A stretch of DNA of 46,300 nucleotides, from positions 1 through 46,300 of the IMG/VR virus record IMGVR_UViG_3300019890_000007; one strand, given 5' to 3'. This DNA comes from a virus (lineage: Duplodnaviria > Caudoviricetes). Both the position numbers and the translations under genes were made by a program. Below, one piece after another: positions 31,265-40,878 of this stretch. The notes under the pieces are model-generated. The model saw only the letters and a program-made list of their open reading frames with translations. It did no database searches and was not told the origin of the DNA. Every line of letters starts with the position of its first letter. Within the stretch, counting starts at the first letter, position 1.

Positions 31265-31553
31265 ACTCAGTCAAGTCCTCAAAATCATCCATATTACCAC
31301 CATACCTAGGGTTTTCTAAGCCACCATCAATAAAAATACCTCGTTGATAAGACAGTAACTCTATATATTGCTTTTTATACATACCAAACGGATCATCTCT
31401 TACCTGTCTATATCTAAAACTATCAGGCAAATCATTCAAGACACTGTGCCAAGCTCTCTTACAAGAACAAGACTTAAAGTCCCAATTAGACCAGGATAGC
31501 AACACGTCTTGACAGTTCCTACATCTAGCACTATTCAGGATCAATTTCTTCAT
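31206..31553 (-). CDS. hypothetical zinc-binding phage protein
   Basis: CRNC, DFKSCSC and FIDGG; start at MKKLIL. Confidence 0.7.
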   Translation of the reverse strand: MKKLILNSARCRNCQDVLLSWSNWDFKSCSCKRAWHSVLNDLPDSFRYRQVRDDPFGMYKKQYIELLSYQRGIFIDGGLENPRYGGNMDDFEDLTEYAKTTDSRRKSTKKTRLKK

Positions 31554-31731
31554 GCAAGTCACCTACTGATTCAAAGTTCAATCTGTCATTTTCCCTGTCA
31601 ATCTCTTCTTTTCTTAAGATATCTTTTAATATCTTTAACTGACCGTCAGAAAAATTATCTATATTTAATCTGACACCCGTTATCTGCATGTCCACGCGCT
31701 GCTCTTCTGATAATTGATTATTGGATCTCAT
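31531..31731 (-). CDS. hypothetical protein
   Basis: ORF track; overlapping operon arrangement. Confidence 0.6.
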   Translation of the reverse strand: MRSNNQLSEEQRVDMQITGVRLNIDNFSDGQLKILKDILRKEEIDRENDRLNFESVGDLHEEIDPE

Positions 31732-31900
31732 TAGGCGTCTCCGAATCGTATAGTGAATTAGTCTCCCAATAGAGAATGTTGTTAGCAGTCTCTACAGAGT
31801 CCGATAATGTAGTAAACTCTTTAAGAGTCAACTCTAACTCCTGTTGATTTAATAACAACATGATCTCATCGTCAAGCCCTACTCGTATACTCACGTCCAT
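31718..31900 (-). CDS. hypothetical acidic protein
   Basis: ORF track; RBS GGGGGAG. Confidence 0.6.
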   Translation of the reverse strand: MDVSIRVGLDDEIMLLLNQQELELTLKEFTTLSDSVETANNILYWETNSLYDSETPNEIQ

Positions 31901-32682
31901 AACTCCCCCTCTTTACGTCTTAGCCATACAAGTTGGCCTCTGTCTGTTAAGATTTCTCGAACTTTTTCTTCGATACTCGTGCTCGAATCTTCCTCGGGCT
32001 CAAGAGTAGATTTAATAACTGAGTGAACAATTCTACGGAACTCGTTTTCGGTAGCAGCTTCTTTGAGTTCTTTTTCAGTTTCTTTTTGCCGCCAACCTTT
32101 TTTAATTCTCGGAATGCCATCTGCTATATCTCCTGTTAGTATTTGTAAATAAAAGTTTCGGAGAGCTTCAATTTCGTCTACGTAATAAATCTCCTTAGTC
32201 ACATAATTCCCGTGCCATCCTGGTATGTTATTAAAATCCTTGTCTACGCTCCAGACTATAGAATTACGTATGTCTGGATGAAACTCATAATTATTCTCTC
32301 GACAATGAGCTATACTACACGCATCATCTGCCTCTTGTCCGTCTACTGTCGTTACTCTGTCATCCAGCATCAAGTAAGATCTTAACTCATCATACCAATA
32401 CGGACGTCTAGCATCTTTCCTATTTGCTTTATATTCCTTGAATATAGCATGTCTAAAATTACCCTTACCTGTTAAAAACCCTCTATACGCTTTCGTATCC
32501 GACACCTGTAGACAATAATCTATCATATGGTTCATATTGTATATAGCATGACTCATAGGCTCTACTTCTAAAATATCCATGTCCCTGTTAAGACTCTCGG
32601 TACTAAAACCACATCTATAAACAATAGGATCTAAGTCTATGATAGCAGTCTTAAAGCTGTATATTTCTCTGGTATTTAACAT
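31891..32682 (-). CDS. 5'-3' exonuclease (T7 gp6-like)
   Basis: IIDLD, YKANR, EADD, SVDKD and GDIADGIP motifs. Confidence 0.92.
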   Translation of the reverse strand: MLNTREIYSFKTAIIDLDPIVYRCGFSTESLNRDMDILEVEPMSHAIYNMNHMIDYCLQVSDTKAYRGFLTGKGNFRHAIFKEYKANRKDARRPYWYDELRSYLMLDDRVTTVDGQEADDACSIAHCRENNYEFHPDIRNSIVWSVDKDFNNIPGWHGNYVTKEIYYVDEIEALRNFYLQILTGDIADGIPRIKKGWRQKETEKELKEAATENEFRRIVHSVIKSTLEPEEDSSTSIEEKVREILTDRGQLVWLRRKEGELWT

Positions 32683-33844
32683 GAAGCTCCTCTGTCTCGC
32701 CCATTTTATCTCTGACTATCTGACTAGTAATGACTACACTGCTTTCCTTGCACTCAAATTGAAAATCAAACAGTACTTTATCAACAATGCTCTTCAATCC
32801 TCGTGCACCTGTTTTCAATTTAAAAGCCTGTCTAGCAATTTCTTCCAGACCAGTGCTACTAAAATGCAATCTAGTCCCGTCCATGAAAAATAAGTGCTCC
32901 ATCTGTTTGACTATACTATCTTCGCCATGTGTCAATATCTCTCTCAAGTCCACTTCTGTCAGATCATCCAAGACAGTCTTAGAAGGAATTCTTCCTATGA
33001 ACTCTGATATTAGACCGAAGGATTCTAAATCTTCAGTAGTAACGTCCTTTAGTCGGTCGTTACCTTCTAACTTGTCTACCTTTCCTCCGAACCCTATCGA
33101 AGTATTATTTAACCTCTTGTTTACTATATCCGACAAGCCATTAAAAGAACCTGCGCAAATAAACAATATGTTACGAGTATTGACAGTGATTCGATTACTC
33201 TCTGCATAAGGATTTCTTCCTAGAGATAGAGACACAGTGCTTCCTTCTAGTATCTTCAATAAACCTCTCTGGACACCACTAGATGAACTAGTATGACTAT
33301 CTGATCCCAGAGCCAATTTATCAATCTCATCAATAAATACTATACCACGTTCCATTTTCCTTACGTCTTTTCCTGATGCAGCATATAAATCTAACAACAC
33401 CGTCTCAGGATCTTCACCTGACCAACCCGTTTGGGTCAGCGTAGTAGCGTCCGCCATGCCTAGAGGCAGAGAAGTAATCTCTGCTAATTCTTTTACCAGG
33501 AGAGTTTTACCCGTCCCTGTACTCCCGATTAACAAGACATTACTCTTGTCTAACTTCTTAGAGCTAGTCAACCGCTTCATATGATTGACTAGAGCTATAG
33601 CTAACGTCTTTCTGGCCGTGTCCTGACCGCGTACGTTCAGTCCTAGTTTAGTATAAATATCTTTAGTAGTATAACCCACCGTCTCTGAGAAGGTCTTAGG
33701 CTTTACTAAAGCTTCTGGATGTCTTTGCAACATTAAGTCAGCACTACAGTCAAGGCAGATCATATAAAGCTTATGCTTATCCTCACCTTCAACGAGTCGT
33801 ACTGACTTTGATTCATGTCTACCACAAAGATCACAACTTGCCAT
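32651..33844 (-). CDS. clpX: ClpX AAA+ unfoldase
   Basis: N-terminal C4 zinc domain, Walker A GSTGTGKT, Walker B IVFIDEIDK, IGF loop, sensor 2 TGARGL. Confidence 0.93.
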   Translation of the reverse strand: MASCDLCGRHESKSVRLVEGEDKHKLYMICLDCSADLMLQRHPEALVKPKTFSETVGYTTKDIYTKLGLNVRGQDTARKTLAIALVNHMKRLTSSKKLDKSNVLLIGSTGTGKTLLVKELAEITSLPLGMADATTLTQTGWSGEDPETVLLDLYAASGKDVRKMERGIVFIDEIDKLALGSDSHTSSSSGVQRGLLKILEGSTVSLSLGRNPYAESNRITVNTRNILFICAGSFNGLSDIVNKRLNNTSIGFGGKVDKLEGNDRLKDVTTEDLESFGLISEFIGRIPSKTVLDDLTEVDLREILTHGEDSIVKQMEHLFFMDGTRLHFSSTGLEEIARQAFKLKTGARGLKSIVDKVLFDFQFECKESSVVITSQIVRDKMGETEELHVKYQRNIQL

Positions 33845-33892
33845 GACTCCCCCTATTTAACCTGTCGAATTCGCTACCTTTAAACTTACCTT

Positions 33893-33920
33893 ACTATAGC
33901 AGGTCTGGGAGATTTGTCAA
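33893..33920 (-). promoter_or_regulatory. sigma70-type promoter upstream of clpX
   Basis: TTGACA-N13-TGC-TATAGT. Confidence 0.75.
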
Positions 33921-33922
33921 GT

Positions 33923-34462
33923 CTATTCGAACGGACTGCTAGATTTATTTATAGATTGTGGACTCTCATCTGATTCTACTGTAAATCCTTCAATCTCCTT
34001 AAAGGAATCTACTGCCTTAGGACGACTAAACTCTACTAATGTTTTAATCTGTATAGCAGAGAAACCTAACTGAGTCCCAGCCTTTTTAGTCTCAAACGTA
34101 TGTGCAGCGATATTAATAAGACTTCCGTTACCTATCATGACATCAGATGGTACAGGATTCTTCTTTCCATCAACAATCTGAGGAGGTGCATAAATAGTCC
34201 CATCTTTGCCTTGATGCATTTTCTTCAGTGTGACGAAATCTCCTCGTAAATCATTCTCATTCTTCTTATCGACTCCAATACCCTTAGTAGCATTCTTGAC
34301 GGTAATACCGAGCCCTTCTAATGTCTCCTTAGTAGACGTGTCAATTGACAGGTCTAATTGATACTTACCTGATAACTCATTAGGTTTTCGGACACTAGCC
34401 CAGAAAGCCTTACCTGATAATAATAATGATGTGTCTTTCTTTTCACTAGATGTTTTAGTCAT
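33923..34462 (-). CDS. single-stranded DNA-binding protein (T7 gp2.5-like)
   Basis: GKAFWA, GKYQLDL and IGNGS motifs; acidic tail ending PFE; next to the polymerase. Confidence 0.8.
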   Translation of the reverse strand: MTKTSSEKKDTSLLLSGKAFWASVRKPNELSGKYQLDLSIDTSTKETLEGLGITVKNATKGIGVDKKNENDLRGDFVTLKKMHQGKDGTIYAPPQIVDGKKNPVPSDVMIGNGSLINIAAHTFETKKAGTQLGFSAIQIKTLVEFSRPKAVDSFKEIEGFTVESDESPQSINKSSSPFE

Positions 34463-34492
34463 TTACATACCCTCAAGTTAATTAATAGATTA

Positions 34493-34520
34493 TTAGTACC
34501 AGCCTATTCCTGATAGTCAA
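34493..34520 (-). promoter_or_regulatory. possible promoter upstream of the SSB gene
   Basis: TTGACT-N13-TGG-TACTAA; same spacing as the other promoters. Confidence 0.45.
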
Positions 34521-34550
34521 GATTTGGATCACCTCCGAAGAATTAGGTCG

Positions 34551-35390
34551 TCAAATAACTAATTTTTCCAGCTCTCCCCATGAAACTCCCTTTTTGAACT
34601 CAACTCCAAGTGGCACTCTGATTTCAATATCAAACTTCTCTTTCAAGAATTGTACGACAGAGTATAACTCTTTTTGAATAAAAATGCAAGCGTTTTCTAC
34701 AAATTTGCGTCTACAATCAAACAAAATACTATCATGTATGGTATTGACCATAAGAATCTTATCTCTGTGAGGAAGAAGTTTCCTCCACAATATACCCATT
34801 GCCATAGGATGTAAATCCGCTGTAGCAAATCCTTGAATCTTGTAATTCATTCCTTCTGAGTATTTAAACCCTCCTGGAGTATATATCCTATTCTCAGCGC
34901 AGAAGCTGCTAATCTTTTCGGGGTAATTCCTGAAGAACCACTTTCTGCCTGTCAAGCCTGTATAGAAGCTCTCTAGGCGATTATCTTCGACCTGGTACGC
35001 ATTAGCATCAAGTTCTAGCATAAGAGCGTCAGACCACTCCCTTGAGGCTTTAAACGTGTCCCAGAATACATCATAAGCCTTTTTAGCTATATCTTCAGGT
35101 ATCCCATACTGCTGAACAAGGTTCCAGTCTGTACCGCCGTATATAAGATTGAAGTTGCCCGATTTCAGCATCTGTCTTTCTTCGGTTGAAACCTCAGTCG
35201 CAGGTTTATTCAAGACTCGTCCACCTAGATGCTTGTGAATGTCTATACCTGAGTTAAGTAAATCCTCTAAGACAGGATCTCTAGTATGAGTGACCCACGC
35301 AATAATCTCAAGAGCCGTCCAGTCAGCCTCTATTATTAGACCGTCTGTACCAAATCGGGATGTGAAGTGGTTTTTGACTAATGACGACAT
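34551..35390 (-). CDS. polA: family A DNA polymerase, C-terminal fragment (motifs A, B, C)
   Basis: IEADWTALE, RQMLKSGNFNLIYG, NYKIQG and TIHDSILFD; RBS GGAGG. Confidence 0.93.
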   Translation of the reverse strand: MSSLVKNHFTSRFGTDGLIIEADWTALEIIAWVTHTRDPVLEDLLNSGIDIHKHLGGRVLNKPATEVSTEERQMLKSGNFNLIYGGTDWNLVQQYGIPEDIAKKAYDVFWDTFKASREWSDALMLELDANAYQVEDNRLESFYTGLTGRKWFFRNYPEKISSFCAENRIYTPGGFKYSEGMNYKIQGFATADLHPMAMGILWRKLLPHRDKILMVNTIHDSILFDCRRKFVENACIFIQKELYSVVQFLKEKFDIEIRVPLGVEFKKGVSWGELEKLVI

Positions 35391-35548
35391 TTATTCCTCC
35401 AAGAATAGACTAAACCAGATAATCCTAATAAATCCTTTTCTGTAATTTTAGCAGCTTGATTTAATTTTAACGCGGGACCGTATTCTATACCATCAAAAGT
35501 ATCTCTTATTGCTAAATTTTCCCCGCTATGTTCAAATTTAAATACCGT
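35378..35548 (-). CDS. 56-codon ORF with ACG start inside the second polymerase gap
   Basis: GAGG-TTTAT-ACG then open frame VFKFEHSGENL...CRH-stop. Confidence 0.4.
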   Translation of the reverse strand, partial: TVFKFEHSGENLAIRDTFDGIEYGPALKLNQAAKITEKDLLGLSGLVYSWRNKCRH

Positions 35549-35557
35549 ATAAACCTC

Positions 35558-36013
35558 TTAAGAAGATCTAATTAGATTTTGTAGGTTTGGCTTATTACTT
35601 GAAAGCCTACCTGTATCCGTACTGACATGATTCAGATTCCCGTGAATACAACTGTCGTGATCCATCATGAGCTCTTCAAATCCTATATAGTAAGTGGAAA
35701 TCTCTTTCTGTAAACCCCGCAATTCTAATAGCAACTTAGCCACTTGTCCTGCTGGATGTTTAATTTTCTTAGCTATTCGACTCAGATGCTTATCGTTAAG
35801 ACTTATATTACCCTTGTCTGTCAACATATCTTTAGTAGGCTTGAGTCCCAATCCTTTTATATGACAGCATATCTCTTTCCATTGATATTTAGGCTGTCCT
35901 TTATTCGTGCCTGTCTTATATTCGCCTATTTTAATTTTCGCTCGATCTTTTAGATGCCCGCCAAAGAATAAAACACGTATCTGAGGAATACTATGAGGAT
36001 TAAATTCTATCAT
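35558..36013 (-). CDS. polA: family A DNA polymerase, middle (thumb/palm) fragment
   Basis: FNPHSIPQ, LLLELRGLQK..STY and TDTGRLSSNKPNLQN; RBS AGGAG. Confidence 0.92.
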   Translation of the reverse strand: MIEFNPHSIPQIRVLFFGGHLKDRAKIKIGEYKTGTNKGQPKYQWKEICCHIKGLGLKPTKDMLTDKGNISLNDKHLSRIAKKIKHPAGQVAKLLLELRGLQKEISTYYIGFEELMMDHDSCIHGNLNHVSTDTGRLSSNKPNLQNLIRSS

Positions 36014-36024
36014 TGCCAATACTC

Positions 36025-36189
36025 CTATTCTGAGAACAAAATATCTCTGTATTTTCTAATCGTTTCATTAGACTCTTGTACTGCCCTTATTCCAAACTCT
36101 TTTTCTAAATTATCCCCAAAATCTTCAGTAGCATGCCCCAATAAAGCTTTTAAAATCTGACGTATTTGATCATCTGTTAATTTATTCAT
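36025..36189 (-). CDS. 54-aa hypothetical protein inside the first polymerase gap
   Basis: GGAG-ATAAT-ATG; MNKLTDDQIRQ...FSE. Confidence 0.6.
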   Translation of the reverse strand: MNKLTDDQIRQILKALLGHATEDFGDNLEKEFGIRAVQESNETIRKYRDILFSE

Positions 36190-36190
36190 A

Positions 36191-36907
36191 TTATCTCCAA
36201 TATTGGCTACATAATTTCTGAAATTGTTTAGCTTTATGCTCATATTCTATCTGTAAATCTAACTTATTCTTAGTCAATATCTCCTTATTGACGTACAATC
36301 CATTAGCCTCCATTTCAGTAGTAGAAAGTAACGCGTCCATTTCATGAGCTATAAGACCATACATCCCTGTTAATTTGGCTGACTTTACTTGCTGTAAGGC
36401 TATCTTTTCGGTGTCTAAGACATCGTTCTTTACGTCAAATAACAAATCTTCTATGTCCATATACTGAGTCATGAGTCCTGCTTTGAGTCCTCCCTCAATT
36501 TTTTTAGTTCTTTCAGTACAGCCGTAGATTCTTGTTGCGATGTCGCGTAAAGAGGAATACTTGTGTCTCTGACCAGAGAGGATATACTCTGCCAATTGGG
36601 TGTCCCATATGCGTAATCCGTTTTTAAACGCCTCTTGTAACTCATTATTTCTCCATGTATGAAGTAAATCAAACTTAATGTTATGTCCTATTAAGACGGT
36701 CACACCATGTAACCACCCTGTAGGCATATAGTCTTGTGCGTGTGCGAATAATGTGTAATCTTCACCAGGTATCTTCTCACTATCGGGCGTATATACACGT
36801 TCGTCTGAGTATTTTAACCCGACTGCCAGTATCTCATTAGCCCAAGGACTGCCCTTGCGTCCTTTGAATTCTGTTGATCCCGTTTCCAAATCGAAAACTA
36901 AATACAT
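36191..36907 (-). CDS. polA: family A DNA polymerase, N-terminal 3'-5' exonuclease fragment
   Basis: FDLETG, GHNIKFD, WDTQLAEY, KNDV and EMEANGLYVN motifs. Confidence 0.92.
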   Translation of the reverse strand: MYLVFDLETGSTEFKGRKGSPWANEILAVGLKYSDERVYTPDSEKIPGEDYTLFAHAQDYMPTGWLHGVTVLIGHNIKFDLLHTWRNNELQEAFKNGLRIWDTQLAEYILSGQRHKYSSLRDIATRIYGCTERTKKIEGGLKAGLMTQYMDIEDLLFDVKNDVLDTEKIALQQVKSAKLTGMYGLIAHEMDALLSTTEMEANGLYVNKEILTKNKLDLQIEYEHKAKQFQKLCSQYWR

Positions 36908-36908
36908 A

Positions 36909-37286
36909 CTAAACTCCTAGTTTGACAAACACTCTTTCCAGATGAGTAGCTACTATCTCTTCCATTAATCCCATATGTTCATCGAGAGCAGTAGCCTGTC
37001 TCTTACTTAGTTTTAGATTGACTTTTTCATTGTAATGAGTAAACGGGGCTAGTATAACATGAGCATACTCATGCAATAGGACTTGCAGTAATTCTTCATT
37101 AGTGTCTATATTTTTAGGAGTTATTTTTATTATGATGTCTTTGTAAGGAAAAGAAGTTATAGTCTCTGCTCTATCCTCACTATCCTTTAAATACTCATAG
37201 ACAATATTCTGGTCACCTAATCCAAGATCATCCAGTATCTTATGGGAGTATAATTTCAAGTAGCTCTTAATATCTGTTTTATTCAT
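36909..37286 (-). CDS. putative zinc metallopeptidase (HExxH)
   Basis: LLHEYAH with downstream EE; start MNKTD after GAGG. Confidence 0.6.
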   Translation of the reverse strand: MNKTDIKSYLKLYSHKILDDLGLGDQNIVYEYLKDSEDRAETITSFPYKDIIIKITPKNIDTNEELLQVLLHEYAHVILAPFTHYNEKVNLKLSKRQATALDEHMGLMEEIVATHLERVFVKLGV

Positions 37287-37379
37287 AATTAACCTCTTCG
37301 GTCGGCTTCTGCTAGTGTACAGGCCATAGCTACTACTAGTATCCATAATAGGACTAATATTAATAACTGCATACGACTC

Positions 37380-38600
37380 CTAATCAAATCTACAACGTAT
37401 AGGATCAAACCTTACTTGAACTTTCCAATTCTTATTACTATTTATCTTATTCTTAGGCATACTCAGATATCGGAAAGAATTATCAGTAGTAATACTACCT
37501 ATGACCAATTGGAACGTAGCAGCAGCTTGTTTGTCTACTCGACTACCTCTTAGTTTAGACATGTCAGGATACATATTATTCTCACCGTCCCCGTTTAACT
37601 GGCTGACTCCTAATACGGGACAGTAACGTGTAGCCATCTCTCGTGCCCATTGATATAACTTATTATACACTTCAAAACTACCTGATTCCTTAGAATTGAA
37701 CCCGTCAAAACCTTTTACATGATCTAACAAGTCTATTATTAATAATTTAGGAGGTCTTTTCTTAAGGCGCTTCTCAATATCTCGTGTAGACCATCCTTGA
37801 ATATCCTTGATGATTATCCGATTATCACAGCCCTTCATTTTCTGTGTGTATCGTATTATAGCATCTTTTTCATATTCCCGCAAGTCCTGATTTGTGCAGT
37901 TCAAAGTACTACAGTACAATCTAGGTAGTTGAGATTTCCAATCCCCTTCATTACTCATCCATAGTATATAATCATCCCCAGACAATTGCTCTGCCATATG
38001 ACTAATCTCACTCGCTATGAAACTACTCTTACCGCTGTCTACATAACCTGCTAAGATACCGAAATCTCCTTGAATTAGACCTCCATCGAAATGATCCCTG
38101 AGCGCTTTGCATCGCCACTGTAAGCCGTTTGATCTGTCAGTAAACACCAAGGCCTCTCGCAAATCCATCTTCGGATCAGCATCCTGCAAATTTTTAGACG
38201 TCTGGGTAATAAAACCTTCAATTTGATCCTTTAATTCCTCAATAGCTACTCCAGAATCTAATTGACGTCCTATATCCCTATAGAGTTCTTGTCGGGCAAA
38301 AGATATGAGAAGCTGATCTATAGGTGTTTTATCTTTTTCTTGTTCTTCAACTCTGCTAAATATCTCAGTATACTCTAAGACACTCTTATCATCTAGGTAA
38401 GGGTTACGCTCATTAAAGAAGAAGCTCTTGAATACACCTAAGTCTATCAAATCTATGGACGGGAATAATTTAAAATAACAATTAAAGTCCTTTAAGAGAA
38501 CTGTACTTTGTTTAGATAATGTCTTAGGATTGACCAGATGTCGAAAAGACTCGAAGTTTTTTCGGCACCTAAAAGCATTGAGTAAGGTTAACTCTATCAT
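37380..38600 (-). CDS. DnaB-like replicative helicase
   Basis: AGYVDSGKSS, SNEG, LIIDLLD, SQL and PKNK motifs. Confidence 0.9.
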   Translation of the reverse strand: MIELTLLNAFRCRKNFESFRHLVNPKTLSKQSTVLLKDFNCYFKLFPSIDLIDLGVFKSFFFNERNPYLDDKSVLEYTEIFSRVEEQEKDKTPIDQLLISFARQELYRDIGRQLDSGVAIEELKDQIEGFITQTSKNLQDADPKMDLREALVFTDRSNGLQWRCKALRDHFDGGLIQGDFGILAGYVDSGKSSFIASEISHMAEQLSGDDYILWMSNEGDWKSQLPRLYCSTLNCTNQDLREYEKDAIIRYTQKMKGCDNRIIIKDIQGWSTRDIEKRLKKRPPKLLIIDLLDHVKGFDGFNSKESGSFEVYNKLYQWAREMATRYCPVLGVSQLNGDGENNMYPDMSKLRGSRVDKQAAATFQLVIGSITTDNSFRYLSMPKNKINSNKNWKVQVRFDPIRCRFD

Positions 38601-39322
38601 TATAATCCCCTGTCTAAAATCTCTTTTATCTCCCTATCAAAAAACTCCTTAGGATCTTTTCTAGTTCGTATTTCTCTGACGTCTCTGAATATTCTATACT
38701 TCATAGCAAATTCGTGACTTGCTTTTCGTCCTGCATCATCTCCATCTGTCCACACTATTAACTTTTTATATTTTAATAGGATAGGAAGAAACTCTTTTTT
38801 ATTGACGTTAGTACCACCTAAGGATAGGACGTCTGCGTATGGATAGCATCTCCAAGCGCTCAGACAATCTTCTGTCACTACCAATTTGTTTCGGATTGGT
38901 ACGTTATTGATATTTCCAGTGCTTCTATAATGAGGAATTGTCTTATCCCCTACGAATAACCATTTAGGAGTCCTGCCGTCTATATCGCGCAGCCAGACAT
39001 GCATCAAGACAGGTAATCCTTCATAGTAACGATAATGAGTGACTGCTAGACGGTTATGACTATCTGACCACATGAACAAACCAGAGTCATTTTCAGGATT
39101 GATTGTGATATGATACTGTGCTAACCATCTTATAGCTTTATCTGGTAGTCTGTCTATTAAGGAGACATCTTCTAATTTAGTTTGAATAGTATTAGTATTA
39201 TCTAGTGAGACTAGACTCCTATCAGATTCTCTCTTCTGACAAGCAAAACAATACGTACCGTCTGGATAGACAGCTAGGCTACGATTAGCTAGACACTCAG
39301 GACATTTAGTTCTACTCATCAT
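38600..39322 (-). CDS. DNA primase (zinc finger plus TOPRIM)
   Basis: CPEC...YCFAC, VTED, WTDGDDAG and KDPK motifs. Confidence 0.9.
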   Translation of the reverse strand: MMSRTKCPECLANRSLAVYPDGTYCFACQKRESDRSLVSLDNTNTIQTKLEDVSLIDRLPDKAIRWLAQYHITINPENDSGLFMWSDSHNRLAVTHYRYYEGLPVLMHVWLRDIDGRTPKWLFVGDKTIPHYRSTGNINNVPIRNKLVVTEDCLSAWRCYPYADVLSLGGTNVNKKEFLPILLKYKKLIVWTDGDDAGRKASHEFAMKYRIFRDVREIRTRKDPKEFFDREIKEILDRGL

Positions 39323-39900
39323 AGACCTTCAAAATAAGAATCGAAAAAGTGACGTTCTTGATGTGTAGTGCTAGGTTGTAGGCCTCTTAAGAAGATGTTG
39401 TCATCTGAAGAAGTGCTGATAGTATTTAACCAACCAAAGCTGACAAACATCAGAGTGCATAATAGTAATATTAATAGACGGTGGTAAAAGCTCATAAAAA
39501 TAACCTCTCTTTAGCATCTGTATCTGAGCGAGTGGACTCGAACAGCTCTTTTGCAATAGAGTCCATAGCTATTTGTAAAACAAAAAACTTATTCTTATCT
39601 AAATCGGATAAAGAATGTCTATTACTTATAAGATCATGTCTTACTTTCTCTAAGTCATATTTCATAAATCATCCTCATAACACATAGTGATAACAAGAGC
39701 TATTAATAATAAAGTGGCTAAACACAAAGTTAAAATAGTCAGGATAATCATTACTCCTCCTCATCACGTAACGCATTAGTATCTTCAAGATTTGAGACTA
39801 TCTCTCCTATACACTCCATGCAGAGTTCTTGATGCTTATCAAAGTCAAGATCGGAGGAAGTTAATACAACATCGCAAGCAGCACATCTCATACGCGTCTC

Positions 39901-40164
39901 CTAAACAAAAGTAAATTTGTCAGTTATTTCAAATCTAGGTTCGTACTCTACATACGTAGTAGTCTTAGAATCCCTTGCTTCTATTAACCTGAAGAACTTA
40001 TTCTCTATTCGGTCTCTTAACTGATTCAATTTAGACTCGACTAGACATCTGCTCATGCTAGTATAAACATCTTTAGACTCTACGAACATATTATTGTCAT
40101 CTAGTTCTGTTAGTTTAAGACAAAAACCTTCGTGACTATCCTCTATAGAAGCTTTAAACTTCAT
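39901..40164 (-). CDS. hypothetical protein
   Basis: ORF track; RBS GAGGAG. Confidence 0.65.
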   Translation of the reverse strand: MKFKASIEDSHEGFCLKLTELDDNNMFVESKDVYTSMSRCLVESKLNQLRDRIENKFFRLIEARDSKTTTYVEYEPRFEITDKFTFV

Positions 40165-40166
40165 AA

Positions 40167-40388
40167 TTACTCCTCAATGACAGTCTTAGACAACACATTT
40201 TTAAGATACTCCTCGATACGAGCATCTTCCTTTCTCATTTTATGTAAAACAGCTAAAGCTTCCTTTTTTGTATTAGGATCTATAATATAAGAAGAGTCTT
40301 CCCAAGCATCAAAAAGTCCTAATAAACCTACACGCTTAGTCTCAAGTATATAATCCCCTAGACCATTTCGTATGAGTCGGTATTTCAT
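40167..40388 (-). CDS. hypothetical protein, paralog of 24176-24394
   Basis: MKYRLIRNGLGDY; RBS GGGGAG. Confidence 0.7.
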   Translation of the reverse strand: MKYRLIRNGLGDYILETKRVGLLGLFDAWEDSSYIIDPNTKKEALAVLHKMRKEDARIEEYLKNVLSKTVIEE

Positions 40389-40543
40389 ATCACTCCCCTT
40401 CTTTAATAGCAGCTAGTATATCATCTATATACCTATCCGATCTAGCCATGAATCCAGATTGTGGGACATTGATATAAGATTCTAGCTCTTTTATACGCTC
40501 TCTGAGCATCCATAACACTTCTTTCAAATCTAATTCATTCATA

Positions 40544-40732
40544 CTATCCCCAAAACTCATTAGTAGTCCAATATCCCAATCTCATTCTATATCCGCCTTG
40601 TTCTTGCTGTCTCAGCATATCATCAATGTTCTGTCTTGTCAAGTCTCTCTGCTGTTCTATTTTCGCAATGTCCTTAGTTCTAGTGACTATACCTTTTAAT
40701 TCTTGTACACGACCTGCAAAGGAATTACCCAT
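40544..40732 (-). CDS. hypothetical protein
   Basis: ORF track; RBS GAGGTG. Confidence 0.6.
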   Translation of the reverse strand: MGNSFAGRVQELKGIVTRTKDIAKIEQQRDLTRQNIDDMLRQQEQGGYRMRLGYWTTNEFWG

Positions 40733-40878
40733 TTATCACCTCTATCTTATTTGATTCATTGGTATTAATAGGAACGTTTCTACGTAATTCTCTAATGAAT
40801 TCAAGACCATCTTTCTTGATAGTTTCCTCAAGAATATGGTGTCTATAATGAGACTGACTATAATACCTAGATGCTTGA

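Noticed and set aside
35391-36190. Group I introns or inteins explaining the polymerase gaps
   Set aside because: The gaps are only ~170 nt, AT-rich, show no recognisable P7 core, and contain SD-led ORFs. The fragments have no intein terminal motifs. RT-PCR is still needed to exclude splicing formally.
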